Of a DNA stretch of 64,000 nt, positions 1 to 10,083 are shown piece by piece (positions within the stretch are counted from its first letter, which is position 1; each line of letters begins with the position of its first letter). The DNA is from an uncultured Kiritimatiellota bacterium (GTDB lineage Bacteria; Verrucomicrobiota; Kiritimatiellia; RFP12; UBA1067). The notes beneath the pieces were generated by a model that saw only the letters and a program-made list of their open reading frames with translations, had not been told where the DNA came from and did not search any database. The stretch covers positions 18,640 through 82,639 of the forward strand of contig CAKTZA010000001.1 of NCBI GenBank assembly GCA_934635045.1. The letters run 5' to 3'. A program made the position numbers and the translations under genes.

Positions 1-192
1 CACGCCCGCCGCGTCCACGCCGTTCGTCTCGATGTCCAGCGTCACGATGCCGGGCGCGCCCGACAGCGCGTAGGTGATCGTCACCTTGCGCGTGCCTTCC
101 GGCTGGACGAGCGTGACGTCCGACACGACCGGCGGCTCCATGGCGAATGCGCCGCCGCACAGGGCCGCGCCAACGATTGCGAGTGCTTTCAT
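1..192 (-). CDS. Secreted protein, 5' part only (runs off the window); N-terminal beta-sandwich-like module of a family that elsewhere carries an FGE-sulfatase/SUMF1-type domain
   Basis: My own translation of the - strand from ATG 192-190 gives MKALAIVGAALCGGAFAMEPPVVSDVTLVQPEGTRKVTITYALSGAPGIVTLDIETNGVDAAGV... The start looks like a signal peptide. The ATG overlaps the TGA (191-189) of the upstream giant gene (ATGA coupling). It is paralogous to the N-terminus of the remnant at 43450-43915. Confidence 0.6.
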   Translation of the reverse strand, partial: MKALAIVGAALCGGAFAMEPPVVSDVTLVQPEGTRKVTITYALSGAPGIVTLDIETNGVDAAGV

Positions 193-3100
193 TGCTCTCC
201 TCTCTTTTCGTTTTCAGTTTCGTTCGTGGTTACGGTAAATGTCCCCTCGGCGACGGAGCCGCCGACGAAATCCTGCGCGCGCACCCGCCAGGTGCCCGCC
301 CGGTCGTTGAGCGCGAGCTGGAACGTCCGCGTGCCGCGTCCGTCCATGCAAGGCACGACGCGCGAATAGAGCGGATGCCGCGCGCCCGTCGGATCGGTCA
401 CGGTCACGTCCACGGGGCTGAACCGCAGACCCGGCAACGCGAACGTGACGGCGACCGCCTCGCCGCGGCGGACGGTTTCGGGCAGATGGAGTTCGAGACG
501 GCCCGCCACCTCCGGCAGGATGGCATAGAACGCGGCTTCGGCCTTGCCCAGCTTCACCTCGAACGAGGGCACGCAGCCGAGCGACCGCGCGCGGCGCATG
601 TCGTGGATATGGCGCGGCCCCGGCAGCGAAACGTTGACCGTCGTCACGTCCGGGCCCTTTGCGTAGGTCTCGCGCACGAATCCGAGATACCGATCCCGCC
701 CGCCGTCCGCCGGATGGTAGACGAACGCGCGCACGCCCTGGCCGGGCGTCTCCGAAAGGACGATCTCGCGCGGCGGCAGCTTCGCCCCGACCTGCGCCAT
801 GAGGGACGCGACGGTCGCGCCGGCGAGGTCGAACGCGACAAGCCCGTCGAGTCCGCCGCGCGGCCGGAGCGTGCAATGCTCGTTCATGACGTTCGAGAGC
901 GCGTCGCCCAGGACGAGCCCGCCGCGCCGGGCGAACGCGGCGATCTCCGCCGCCTCGCGATCCGAGAGCGCGGCGGACTGCGGCAGCGCCAGGATCTTCG
1001 GACACCCCTTCTCACGCAGGACGCCCCGCTCGATCTCGCCGTAGGCCACGAAGCGGTACGGGACATGCGCGTCGTCCAGCAGCTTGCACCAGCGCGACCG
1101 CGCGGAGAGGAACGCCTCGGAACGTCCTTCGATGGCCGCTGCGTGGATCGACGCCTGGGAATAGTGAATCAGCGCCTGCGGCACTTCGCGCACCCGGCGC
1201 AGCAGCATCCCGCCGCCGCGCCGCAGGTCGGCCACCGCCGCCTGGAGGTCGGTGACGGCCTTCGGCAGCGTGTAGTCGGGGTCGAGGAAGTTCATGCCGT
1301 CGTAGAACGAGACGCCGAAGTTCCGGAAGCGGAACGCATCGAACCAGGCGCGCCGCCCGACGTCGGGTCCCGTCGCGCCGTAGCCGTACCAGGGCTTGAT
1401 CAGCGGCGTCCCGAACGAGCGCATGATCTCGGCGAGGTTGTCGCTGTCGTAGGCGGCGGCGATGTCGATCACGTCGGCCAGCAGCCACATGTCCATGCCC
1501 GTGTAGCCGTTCGGCGGCTGAGTGCCGCTCATGTCGAGCCGCACGCCCGGCGCCTCCTCGGAGATGATCCGCTTCACGGACGCGAAATAGCCGCAGTAGG
1601 AGATCTCCATGTAGCGGCGGTGGTCGGCCCAGGCCGCGTAGGCCCGGTCGCCCTTGTGCCGCTCGCGGGCCTCGGCCGTCGTCAGCGGCACGACGTCGCG
1701 CCAGTCACGGAATTCGCTGCGCCACTCGGCGTTGAGGCGGTCAAGCGAGCCGCCGTACTGCCCCTTGAGCCAGTCGCGGAACGCCGCCAGCGTCCGGTCG
1801 CAGAAGCAGAAGTCGAACGGAATCGACCACAGCGTGAGCGAGTTCTCGTCACCCGCGTCCAGCGAAGCGGGCGCAAAGCGGTTGAACGCGCGCGTCAGGC
1901 TCCGGACGCGCGCGGCGTCGTTCGTGCGCCAGGCCGGGTCGTCGAAACAGGGCTTGCGGCAGAGGTACGCGCGGTCGCCCGTCTTCGCGTACGGCTCGGC
2001 AAAGCCCTTCAGGAAGTTGCCGAGATGCGTGCCGGCGACGGGGAAGTCCGTGCCGAAGCCGGCCTTGGCCGTCTCGCGGAAGAGGCGGCAGGTCTCCGTG
2101 TGCCAGAAGCGGATCTCGTTGACGCCGCCGTCGTGGTAGCGCTGCAGGCGAAGCGGCGAGAGATAGCGGCGAAGCCCGTAGCGCTGGGCCATCTCGCCAA
2201 TGGCGAACGGCAGGCATGGCTCCTCCGGCGGCGGTCGCGGCGCGAAGACGTCGCACCGGCGGCGGTCGTGCACGACGCCGCCCCGCGAAACCGTCGCCTC
2301 CACCGTGAAGATTCCCGTCGGATTCTCCTGCGGCTTGAGGACGAAGTCTCCCGCCGCGTCGGGAACGGCCGTCGCCAGCAGGCGCCCGCCGCCGTCGAAG
2401 AGGCGGACGGCCGCCTCGCCCGTGCCGCGCACCATGCCGACGACCGCCCCGCCCTTCCAGTCGGCGTCCAGCGCCTGCACGGCCAGCCCCGTCTCGACGC
2501 GACAGACGGCGTGCGCCCAGTCCAGCGTCGCGCCCTTCGCGTCGAGGAGGACGAGGTCGCAGATGTTCAGCCCCGGGCCGAGCGGGCCCACGTCCAGCGC
2601 CAGCGCTTCCTGCGCCGCGCCAAGCTCCGCCGTGCGCTCCCGCTGCGTCCGCGACGGGACGTTCCTCGTCATCACGCGCGCCCGCACGGCGCCGCCGCCC
2701 GTCCGCCGCGCCGTGAGCCGTCCCTCGGACGAGAGCGCGACGTCGGACAGCCGGCAGCCGGACGACAGCCCCGCCGCCCAGAGGACGGCCCGCCCGATCG
2801 CGCCGAGCGAATAGTCCGCATAGCGGAAGTCCGGCTCTTCCGTCGCGTCGTCGAGATACGGCGTCAGTCCGCCGCCGCGCGCATCGTAGCGGAAGACGAC
2901 GCTGCGGTTGCCCAGTTCCGAAACGCCCGCGACGGACACCGCCGCCTTCCCGGCCGTCGAGCGGTGCGGGATGAGGTCTTTCGGCAAGCCGCGCAGCGGA
3001 TCGTCCGCCGCCGAGGGCGCGGCGACCGACAGCGCGGCCGCGAGGTCGTCCGGGAAGCGCGCGTCGATCGCGACGAGACCCATGCCGCGCTTGAGCCGAT

Positions 3101-5063
3101 CGGCGATCCGCGCACGGTTCGCCGCATCGACCTTCGCCATCAAGTCACCGCAGGCGACCAGCACCTGCGGGTTCTTCGCGAGTTCCCCCTTCAGCGACAG
3201 GTTCATGTCCTCGTATGTGAAGCTGTTGTAGCGCGCGCTCATGCCCCAGCTCAATTCCGTCGTGCTGGAGGCGATGCGCACGGCCAGCGGACGCAGGTCT
3301 ACGCGCTCCTTGAGCTCGACCGCCTCGCGCAGATGGCGCAAGTCCGTGAGGAAGAGGACGGTCGGCCGGCCGCCGGCGAAGGGACGAGCCCAGGCCGTGT
3401 GCGGCGAAACGACCGCATCCGAGAGCGTCAGCGCGAACGGCTTCATCTCGGCGGGCACGGCCTTTTTGCGCTTTGGGGCGAAGCGCAAGCCCGCGGCAAA
3501 GGCGCGGTCGGCCTCGTAGGCCTCGACGCCGCCGACGGAAGCCGCGACGCGGAGGGCCTTCAGCCCCGCCGCCGACGGTGCCATGCGCCGCGTTTCGACC
3601 GCGTCCGGCGTCAAGGCCCACACGTCCGTCTGGATGCCCTTCTGACCCGCAACGCCAACCGTGCGGACAGACACGTCGGCCAGCCGCCGCGCGGCGGAGG
3701 CGACCGCCATGCCACAGCCTCCGGCAAGACCACGCCCGCTGGCGATTCCGTTCTCCGCGCCGTCGGGGACGCCGATGCCGCGCACCGGATAGAGGCGGAA
3801 ATCCGTCTCGAATGTGCCGCCCGCCGGAATCTTGACGGGCACGAACCACCATTCCACCGTGCGGTTGTCGTCCCCGCCCAGCCACAGGTAATTGCCGGCC
3901 AGACGGGAATAGTCGAGTTCGCAGACCATCGACGCGCCCGTCTTCTCGCAGCCGGCCGCGACCCAGCCCGCGACGGCATTGGTGACGACAACCTCGTGTC
4001 CGCGCGACGGATACTGCCGGACGCCCGTCGGCGTCGGCAGGTAGTACGTCTGCCCATCGACGCCGCGCAGCGTCCAGGCCAGGCGGAAGTACGGCTCGAT
4101 CACCGAATCCGCCATCGCCTCGGGGAGATTGCGGTAGACGTAGCGGACGGAAAGGGCGGACGACAGGCGCTCCAGCCGGAAGGACTTGGCCACCTCCAGG
4201 AACGGATAGCCGGGCGGTGCCAGCAGACGAAGCCGCAGTTCGACGGCATCCGCCGACTCCTCGACGACCTCCGCCTCGTATGGCCGCTTGAACGTGTTGC
4301 CGCCGACGCGCAGGCGGTCTGTGAACAGGCGGGCCTCGGGATGCGTCGCGCCCGCGAAGTTCTCGCCCGTGGCCTTGACGAGGAGTTCCCGGCACGTGCC
4401 GCCGAGGGCCGGCTCGAAGACCGCGCGCAGATAGGCATTCTCCAGCGTGACGAGTCCGTCCTTGCTGCGGACTGCGCAGCCCGCGAGGTCTTGCCGCGGC
4501 GGCGGCAGTTCGCGGAAGACAAACCCGTCGAACCAGGCCGTGCCGGCCCGGCGCGACCGGGCGTACAGCGTGACGCGGCGAATCGGGCGGATGGGCCGGA
4601 ATTCCTGGACGATCCGCTGCCAGTCGTGCGTACCGCCGTCGAAGCAGGCGCGCGGCGCGGCCCAGGCCTCCGAGCCGTCCGCATACGTGACGCGCAGTTC
4701 GAGGCCGAAGAGCGCGTGCCGAAGTTCCGCCTCCTCGGAGAGGTCCTTCGTCTTGACCGAGCAGCCGTAGACGAACGGCGACGGCTCAGGCTGGTTGAGT
4801 TCGACGATGCAATGTGCGAGGGCCTGTCCCTGCCCGACCTCCTCGTTGGCGGCGCGTTCGAAGCGGAGGCTTCCGCCGATGCCGTCGCAGCTGACGGTCG
4901 CGTCATACGCGCACTGCCAAAGCGTCCACCCATTCGCGTTGCCGTCAAACGACGGATTCGGCAGGGATGCCGCCGAGGCGCCGAATGCCACGGCGGCGAA
5001 GGCGAGCGCCCACGCGCCCCTGATGCGGCCGAACGGCCCTTTAGACTTCATCTGATCGATCAT
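189..5063 (-). CDS. Giant secreted glycoside hydrolase, GH42-like (beta-galactosidase-type TIM barrel plus trimerisation/GATase-like module) with long beta-rich flanks
   Basis: Track ORF 189..5132. Signal peptide MKSKGPFGRIRGAWALAFAAVAFGASAAS follows Met 5063/5051. GH42-type stretch 'LAAFRDWLKGQYGGSLDRLNAEWRSEF' and 'ILALPQSAALSDREAAEIAAFARRGGLVLGD' are present. The extended -10 at 5073-5081 places the start at 5063. Confidence 0.8.
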   Translation of the reverse strand: MIDQMKSKGPFGRIRGAWALAFAAVAFGASAASLPNPSFDGNANGWTLWQCAYDATVSCDGIGGSLRFERAANEEVGQGQALAHCIVELNQPEPSPFVYGCSVKTKDLSEEAELRHALFGLELRVTYADGSEAWAAPRACFDGGTHDWQRIVQEFRPIRPIRRVTLYARSRRAGTAWFDGFVFRELPPPRQDLAGCAVRSKDGLVTLENAYLRAVFEPALGGTCRELLVKATGENFAGATHPEARLFTDRLRVGGNTFKRPYEAEVVEESADAVELRLRLLAPPGYPFLEVAKSFRLERLSSALSVRYVYRNLPEAMADSVIEPYFRLAWTLRGVDGQTYYLPTPTGVRQYPSRGHEVVVTNAVAGWVAAGCEKTGASMVCELDYSRLAGNYLWLGGDDNRTVEWWFVPVKIPAGGTFETDFRLYPVRGIGVPDGAENGIASGRGLAGGCGMAVASAARRLADVSVRTVGVAGQKGIQTDVWALTPDAVETRRMAPSAAGLKALRVAASVGGVEAYEADRAFAAGLRFAPKRKKAVPAEMKPFALTLSDAVVSPHTAWARPFAGGRPTVLFLTDLRHLREAVELKERVDLRPLAVRIASSTTELSWGMSARYNSFTYEDMNLSLKGELAKNPQVLVACGDLMAKVDAANRARIADRLKRGMGLVAIDARFPDDLAAALSVAAPSAADDPLRGLPKDLIPHRSTAGKAAVSVAGVSELGNRSVVFRYDARGGGLTPYLDDATEEPDFRYADYSLGAIGRAVLWAAGLSSGCRLSDVALSSEGRLTARRTGGGAVRARVMTRNVPSRTQRERTAELGAAQEALALDVGPLGPGLNICDLVLLDAKGATLDWAHAVCRVETGLAVQALDADWKGGAVVGMVRGTGEAAVRLFDGGGRLLATAVPDAAGDFVLKPQENPTGIFTVEATVSRGGVVHDRRRCDVFAPRPPPEEPCLPFAIGEMAQRYGLRRYLSPLRLQRYHDGGVNEIRFWHTETCRLFRETAKAGFGTDFPVAGTHLGNFLKGFAEPYAKTGDRAYLCRKPCFDDPAWRTNDAARVRSLTRAFNRFAPASLDAGDENSLTLWSIPFDFCFCDRTLAAFRDWLKGQYGGSLDRLNAEWRSEFRDWRDVVPLTTAEARERHKGDRAYAAWADHRRYMEISYCGYFASVKRIISEEAPGVRLDMSGTQPPNGYTGMDMWLLADVIDIAAAYDSDNLAEIMRSFGTPLIKPWYGYGATGPDVGRRAWFDAFRFRNFGVSFYDGMNFLDPDYTLPKAVTDLQAAVADLRRGGGMLLRRVREVPQALIHYSQASIHAAAIEGRSEAFLSARSRWCKLLDDAHVPYRFVAYGEIERGVLREKGCPKILALPQSAALSDREAAEIAAFARRGGLVLGDALSNVMNEHCTLRPRGGLDGLVAFDLAGATVASLMAQVGAKLPPREIVLSETPGQGVRAFVYHPADGGRDRYLGFVRETYAKGPDVTTVNVSLPGPRHIHDMRRARSLGCVPSFEVKLGKAEAAFYAILPEVAGRLELHLPETVRRGEAVAVTFALPGLRFSPVDVTVTDPTGARHPLYSRVVPCMDGRGTRTFQLALNDRAGTWRVRAQDFVGGSVAEGTFTVTTNETENEKRGEQ

Positions 5064-5072
5064 GACGCCCGC

Positions 5073-5081
5073 ATTATACCA
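5073..5081 (-). promoter_or_regulatory. Extended -10 promoter element
   Basis: The - strand reads TGGTATAAT, 9 nt before ATG 5063. Confidence 0.5.
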
Positions 5082-5132
5082 AATTTCTCCTTGGCCTCGC
5101 AGAAATTGGGGGTGCATTGTGCACGTCCGCAA

Positions 5133-5780
5133 TCAGTCGGCCTCGCGCAGCGCCGAGAGGATCGCCTCCGGCGTGATCGGCTGGCCCTTCGCGCGCAGGA
5201 CGACGAGGCGCGTGATGAGCGCCGACTCGAAATCCGAGAGGCACACGCCGTCCTTGCGGTCTTGCAAGATGCGCAGGAGGTCGTTCGCCGTCAGCTTCTC
5301 CCGCGCGACCTCCTTCTGCGGCACGAAGAGATCCGTGAACCGCAGCGCGAGCGCCGTCAGCGGCGAGAGGAGCCGCGCCATGACCTCGTAGGCGCCCGCG
5401 AGCCGGAGGATGCGCCGGAGCGGACGCGCCGCGCAGAGGAGCTTCGGCATGAACTCGGACGTGTAGAGCACCGTGAACGCCGCGAGGAAGCTCCAGACCG
5501 CGCGCCCCGTCGCGCTCTCGCCGAAGAGCCGCACCGACAGCGCCGCCGTCGCCGCCGAGTAGGTGACGTTCGCGAGGTTGTTGCCGATGAGGATCGTCGT
5601 CGTCGTGCGGCCCATGTCCTGCAAGGCGCGCTGAACCTTCTTCGCCTTGCGTCCGCCCTCGTGCGCGAGGTGCAGGATGCGCTCGCGGCTCACCGAGAGG
5701 AAGCCCGTCTCCGCGCCCGAACAGAACGCCGACCATGCGAGCGCGAGCAGCGCAACCAGAATCAGCAGGAACACCGTCAT
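5133..5780 (-). CDS. DUF21/CNNM transmembrane-domain protein lacking CBS and CorC_HlyC domains
   Basis: 215 aa. 'MTVFLLILVALLALAWSAFCSGAETGFLSVS' and 'ILIGNNLANV' parallel the N-terminus of the upstream CorC-type gene. Its ATG overlaps that gene's stop by 4 nt (5777-5780). Confidence 0.8.
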   Translation of the reverse strand: MTVFLLILVALLALAWSAFCSGAETGFLSVSRERILHLAHEGGRKAKKVQRALQDMGRTTTTILIGNNLANVTYSAATAALSVRLFGESATGRAVWSFLAAFTVLYTSEFMPKLLCAARPLRRILRLAGAYEVMARLLSPLTALALRFTDLFVPQKEVAREKLTANDLLRILQDRKDGVCLSDFESALITRLVVLRAKGQPITPEAILSALREAD

Positions 5781-7039
5781 GCGTCGTCCTCCTCCGTCCG
5801 TTCGACGGCCTCGTCGGTTTCCGCGAGAATCGCCGCATCGTCGTCTTCCGTCTCGCGTGCAAGGACTTCGAGCCGCACGAGCGTGACGCGGCGGTGGCGG
5901 CGCTTGAGGACGGTCGCGCGACAGCCGTCCGCCTCGATCTCCTGCCCGACGTGCGGGATGCGCTCGGCGTGGAACTGCACCCAGCCGGAAAGCCGGTCGG
6001 CGTCCTCCGCCTCCAGCTCGACATCGAGCGCGCGGTTGATCTCGTCCAGTGACGCGCGTGCGTCGATCTCCCAGACGTTCGGGCCCTTCTGCACGATCTG
6101 CGGCTCCTCGTTCGCCGAGCTGCCGAAGACGCCGGGGCCGACGATGAGCTCCAGGATGTCGTTCGGCGTGATGATGCCGGCCGTGCCGCCGTACTCGTCC
6201 AAGACAACCGCGAGCGGCTTGCGGCTCTTCGCGAACGTGACGAGCAGGTCGTCGAGCGTGACGGTCTCGGGCACGAAAAGCGCATCCTCGACCGCGCCCG
6301 TCTCGCGCACGAGCACGCCCTCGATTGCGTCGGGCGTCCGCCGATAGACGGGCAGGTAGTGGTGCTTCGCCGTGCGGGCGAACGCCGCACGTTCAGCCTC
6401 GCCGCCGCGCGTCAGGTCGAAGCCCTCGATGTCCACGCGCGGCGTCATCTCGTCATTCGCGGAAAGCTCGGAAAGCCGCAGCACGCCCTCGACCATCTCG
6501 GAATCCTTGGCTGACACCTCGCCGCGCTCGACGGCCGACTCCAGGACGGAAATCAGCTCCTCGTCCGACAGGGCGCGGCGTTCGCGTTCGAGCGCCGGGC
6601 CGAACGCGCGCGACGTGAAGCGCAGCACGACGTTGAACGGCGTGAGGACCCGACGCCAGAACCCGAGCAGCACGGCATAGGTCGGCGCGAGCGATTCAGC
6701 GAACTTGAGCGCGAGCCGCTTCGGCGTGATTTCGCCGAAGACGAGCAGGAGCACCGTCATCGTCGGAACGGCGAGCCACGCCGAGCCGGGGATCCAGCGC
6801 GCAAAAAGCCGGTAGCCGAGCGTCGCGATCGCGAAGTTGACGAACGTGTTGCCGACAAGGAGCGTCGAGAAGAGGATCGCCTTGTCGGCGAGCGCCCCGG
6901 CGATCAGGCGGTCAGCCTGCGCGCTCCGCGCCTTGATCCGCGCGCGCTGCGCGCCCGTCAGGGAGAACAGGACGGTCTCGGCGCTCGAAAAGAACGCCGA
7001 GAGGGCCAAGAGGACAACGAGAAGGAGAATCATCGGCAA
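5777..7039 (-). CDS. HlyC/CorC-family transporter (DUF21 + CBS pair + CorC_HlyC)
   Basis: 420 aa. DUF21 N-terminus 'LLALSAFFSSAETVLFSL...LLVGNTFVNFA'. CBS-pair region 'MTPRVDIEGF...LAVVLDEYGGTAGIITPNDILELIVG'. C-terminal 'LSGWVQFHAERIPHVGQEIEADG'. Confidence 0.9.
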   Translation of the reverse strand: MPMILLLVVLLALSAFFSSAETVLFSLTGAQRARIKARSAQADRLIAGALADKAILFSTLLVGNTFVNFAIATLGYRLFARWIPGSAWLAVPTMTVLLLVFGEITPKRLALKFAESLAPTYAVLLGFWRRVLTPFNVVLRFTSRAFGPALERERRALSDEELISVLESAVERGEVSAKDSEMVEGVLRLSELSANDEMTPRVDIEGFDLTRGGEAERAAFARTAKHHYLPVYRRTPDAIEGVLVRETGAVEDALFVPETVTLDDLLVTFAKSRKPLAVVLDEYGGTAGIITPNDILELIVGPGVFGSSANEEPQIVQKGPNVWEIDARASLDEINRALDVELEAEDADRLSGWVQFHAERIPHVGQEIEADGCRATVLKRRHRRVTLVRLEVLARETEDDDAAILAETDEAVERTEEDDA

Positions 7040-7051
7040 TCAACGGTCGCT

Positions 7052-7096
7052 TGCACATTTTTGACGAGAATCAACCCCGTATCGTGCACATTTTTG
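7052..7096. repeat. 12-nt direct repeat TGCACATTTTTG x2, 33 nt apart
   Basis: Copies at 7052-7063 and 7085-7096, in the 59-nt pssA-corC spacer. Confidence 0.85.
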
Positions 7097-7098
7097 CC

Positions 7099-7977
7099 TC
7101 ACCGAAGCACCTCTTCAGCACCCGCCGCATCCCGTTCGTACCGTTCGCGGACGCGCAGGAAGAGCCAGCCCGTCACGGGCACCGTAAAGATGTAGAGGAT
7201 GCCGAGCGAGCCGATCGCGAGCCAGAAGTTCGAGACGAGGAACGCGACCAGCAGGAGAAGCCCCGCGAGGACAAGCGGCAGGTGCCGCTTGGAGACGTGC
7301 AGGTGCTTGAGCGAGATCGTCGGCAGGCGCGAGGCCATGAGCGACCCGACGAAGAGCAGCATGAAGACGCCCGTCCACGGGTTCTGCAGCACCGTCGCCA
7401 ACGACGGGGACAGGCCCTTCGCGTCGAGCGCGAGCGAGAGGATCGCCGGCGAGAGCAGCATCCAGCAGCCGCCCGGCGCGGGCACGCCCGTGAAGAAGTG
7501 CGTCCAGTACGGCGCGGTCTCCTGCTCCAGCATCGTGTTGAAGCGCGCGAGCCGGAAGCAGTCGCACATCGCGTAGTAGAGCGCGCAGCCGAGCACGATG
7601 CGGATGAACGGCCGCGCGACGACCGAGCCGTCCGCCAGCGTGTGGTCTGGCCCGCCCGTCATCCAGAAGTACATGAACATCGCCGGCGCGACACCGAAGT
7701 TCACGAAGTCGGCGAGCGAGTCGAGCTCCGCGCCCAGCTTGGAGCTCGCGTTCAGGAGCCGCGCGATCCGCCCGTCCATCCCGTCGCAGATGCAGGCGAC
7801 GAGCAGTGCCCACAGGGCCGGCAGGAACCGGCCCTCGGACGACAGCGAGATCGACGTGATGCCCGCACACGCCGCGAGCGACGTCACGAGATTCGGGACG
7901 ATCGCGCGCAACGGCACACGATCGTGCCGCGCCTCGCGCGGACGACGCCGACGACCTCTCAAGCGGAAACGGCTCAT
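7099..7977 (-). CDS. pssA: CDP-diacylglycerol--serine O-phosphatidyltransferase (CDP-alcohol phosphatidyltransferase family)
   Basis: The signature D-G-x2-A-R-x8-G-x3-D-x3-D reads as 'DGRIARLLNASSKLGAELDSLAD'. I moved the start to ATG 7977 (MSRFRLRG...), 5 nt after the infC stop. The upstream part of track ORF 7099..8130 overlaps infC. Confidence 0.85.
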   Translation of the reverse strand: MSRFRLRGRRRRPREARHDRVPLRAIVPNLVTSLAACAGITSISLSSEGRFLPALWALLVACICDGMDGRIARLLNASSKLGAELDSLADFVNFGVAPAMFMYFWMTGGPDHTLADGSVVARPFIRIVLGCALYYAMCDCFRLARFNTMLEQETAPYWTHFFTGVPAPGGCWMLLSPAILSLALDAKGLSPSLATVLQNPWTGVFMLLFVGSLMASRLPTISLKHLHVSKRHLPLVLAGLLLLVAFLVSNFWLAIGSLGILYIFTVPVTGWLFLRVRERYERDAAGAEEVLR

Positions 7978-7982
7978 GGCAC

Positions 7983-8570
<588 letters not shown>

Positions 8571-8604
8571 AACCCACCTCTTTTATTTGGTTAATGGTTC
8601 GTGT

Positions 8605-8613
8605 ATTCTACCA
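8605..8613 (-). promoter_or_regulatory. Extended -10 promoter element (infC-pssA operon)
   Basis: The - strand reads TGTGGTAGAAT, about 34 nt before the ATC start of infC and right after the tolC stop. Confidence 0.45.
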
Positions 8614-8616
8614 CAT

Positions 8617-10062
8617 TCAGCGGACAAAAGGCAAGTGCGCGACGGCCTCCTCGCGGAAGCGCGGCAAGCGGCCCGTGCGCGCGAACAGCGCGGCCTCGGC
8701 GCGCTGGCCGTCGTAGAACGCCGTGATGCAGTCGCCGCGCGCCTGCGAATCGGACGCGATCGCCTCCGACAGCTCGACGCGGCTCGCGCTGCCGACGGCG
8801 AACTGCGCGCGCACCGTCTCCAGGTTCTCCGCCGCGCTGCGGACGGACGCGCGGGCGCTCGTGACGGCCTCGCGCGCATTGTCGCGGTTCGCGACCGCCG
8901 TCTCCAGCTCGACCGACAGCTGCTGCTCGGCCGCATCCACGTCCGCCGCCGCGCTTTCGAGCGCGACGACCGCCCGATCGACGGCCGTCGTCTTGCGGAA
9001 GCCCTGGAAGAGCGTCTGCGAGGCGGTCACGCCCCAGCGGAAGACCCAGAGCGGATCCGTCCAGCTGAGCGACGCCGTCGCCGAGACGGACGGATACAGG
9101 TCCGCAATCGCCGCATCGACCGTGTGCGAGGCCGCGCGGAGTTTCGCGCGGGCGACGCGCAGCGCGGGCGCGTTCGTGCGCGCGAACGCGAAGGCCGCGC
9201 CGACATCCTCGTCCGTTGCGGCAAAGCCGCGCCGCACCGAATCGACGCCGACCGGATCCGTGCCGAACGCCGTCTGCCAGGTGCCGCGCGCCACGTCGAC
9301 GCCGAGCGCCTGAAGCAGCGTCGCCCCCGTCGTCTCGACGCGGTTCGACGCGGCAACGACGGCCTGCCGCGCCTGCGCGAGGTCGAGCCGCGCCCGCAGG
9401 ACGTCCAGCCGGTTGGCCTCGCCCGCCGCGCGGCGCTCCTCCGCCTGCGTCAGGTGCTCCGCATACTGCTGCGCGTTCGTCTGCGCGACCTCCAGGAGCG
9501 CGCGCCGCTCGAAGAAGTCAAAGTAGGCCGTCGCGACCTCCTGAAAGACCGCAAAGCCCTCGTCCGCCAAGGACTGTTCGGACGCCACGACCTGTTCGGC
9601 CTGCGCCCGCGCCTTCGCGGCGTAGCGCCCGAAATCATAGACCAGAAGCTCAAGCGACAGCGCGGCGGACGGCCCGCCGCGCGTCCGCCAGAGGTCGCCG
9701 TCGTCGATCTGCACGGCCTCGCTCGACTCGCTGTGCCCGCCGGAGACCGACAGCTTCGGCGCCGTCCACGGCGTGTCGCTCAGGATCGGCGCATCGGCCG
9801 CGAGGGCCTTGAGCGCCAGCCGCGCGTCCCGCACCGCCAGCGTCTTCGAGACGACGGACGGACGGTTCGTCAGCGCAAACTCGACCAAGCGCGCGAGCGG
9901 CCAGCCGCGCAAGTCGACCTTCTCCGCCGCAACGCCCGCCGCCGCGTCATTTCCCTTCGCCGCGAGCGTCGTCTGCGCCTCGCGCGCCTCGCGCACCGTC
10001 GAACAGCCGACAGCCGCCGCCAGCGCCAGGCCGAACGCCAATCTCCCTTTCACCATCTTCAT
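8617..10062 (-). CDS. TolC/NodT-family outer-membrane efflux lipoprotein
   Basis: 481 aa. Lipobox 'LALAAAVGC'. Two long coiled repeats typical of OEP/TolC ('LDVLRARLDLAQARQA', 'LETVRAQFAVGSASRVELSEA'). Confidence 0.85.
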   Translation of the reverse strand: MKMVKGRLAFGLALAAAVGCSTVREAREAQTTLAAKGNDAAAGVAAEKVDLRGWPLARLVEFALTNRPSVVSKTLAVRDARLALKALAADAPILSDTPWTAPKLSVSGGHSESSEAVQIDDGDLWRTRGGPSAALSLELLVYDFGRYAAKARAQAEQVVASEQSLADEGFAVFQEVATAYFDFFERRALLEVAQTNAQQYAEHLTQAEERRAAGEANRLDVLRARLDLAQARQAVVAASNRVETTGATLLQALGVDVARGTWQTAFGTDPVGVDSVRRGFAATDEDVGAAFAFARTNAPALRVARAKLRAASHTVDAAIADLYPSVSATASLSWTDPLWVFRWGVTASQTLFQGFRKTTAVDRAVVALESAAADVDAAEQQLSVELETAVANRDNAREAVTSARASVRSAAENLETVRAQFAVGSASRVELSEAIASDSQARGDCITAFYDGQRAEAALFARTGRLPRFREEAVAHLPFVR

Positions 10063-10070
10063 GGGGAGAT

Positions 10071-10079
10071 ATTATACCG
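10071..10079 (-). promoter_or_regulatory. -10 promoter element
   Basis: The - strand reads CGGTATAAT, 8 nt before ATG 10062 (tolC-like gene). Confidence 0.45.
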
Positions 10080-10083
10080 ACCG

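Noticed and set aside
147-6347. A 2066-aa + strand ORF, plus many similar very long ORFs: 8548..10839, 11681..13525, 11697..13409, 14506..16713, 20033..21538, 21746..23809, 24007..27681, 27804..31568, 34396..36984, 55963..58236 and 59800..63660.
   Set aside because: They are antisense or out of frame to genes with clear family motifs. Their translations are Arg/Ala/Gly/Pro-rich low-complexity strings with no motifs. Stop-free antisense frames of this kind are expected in ~70% GC DNA.
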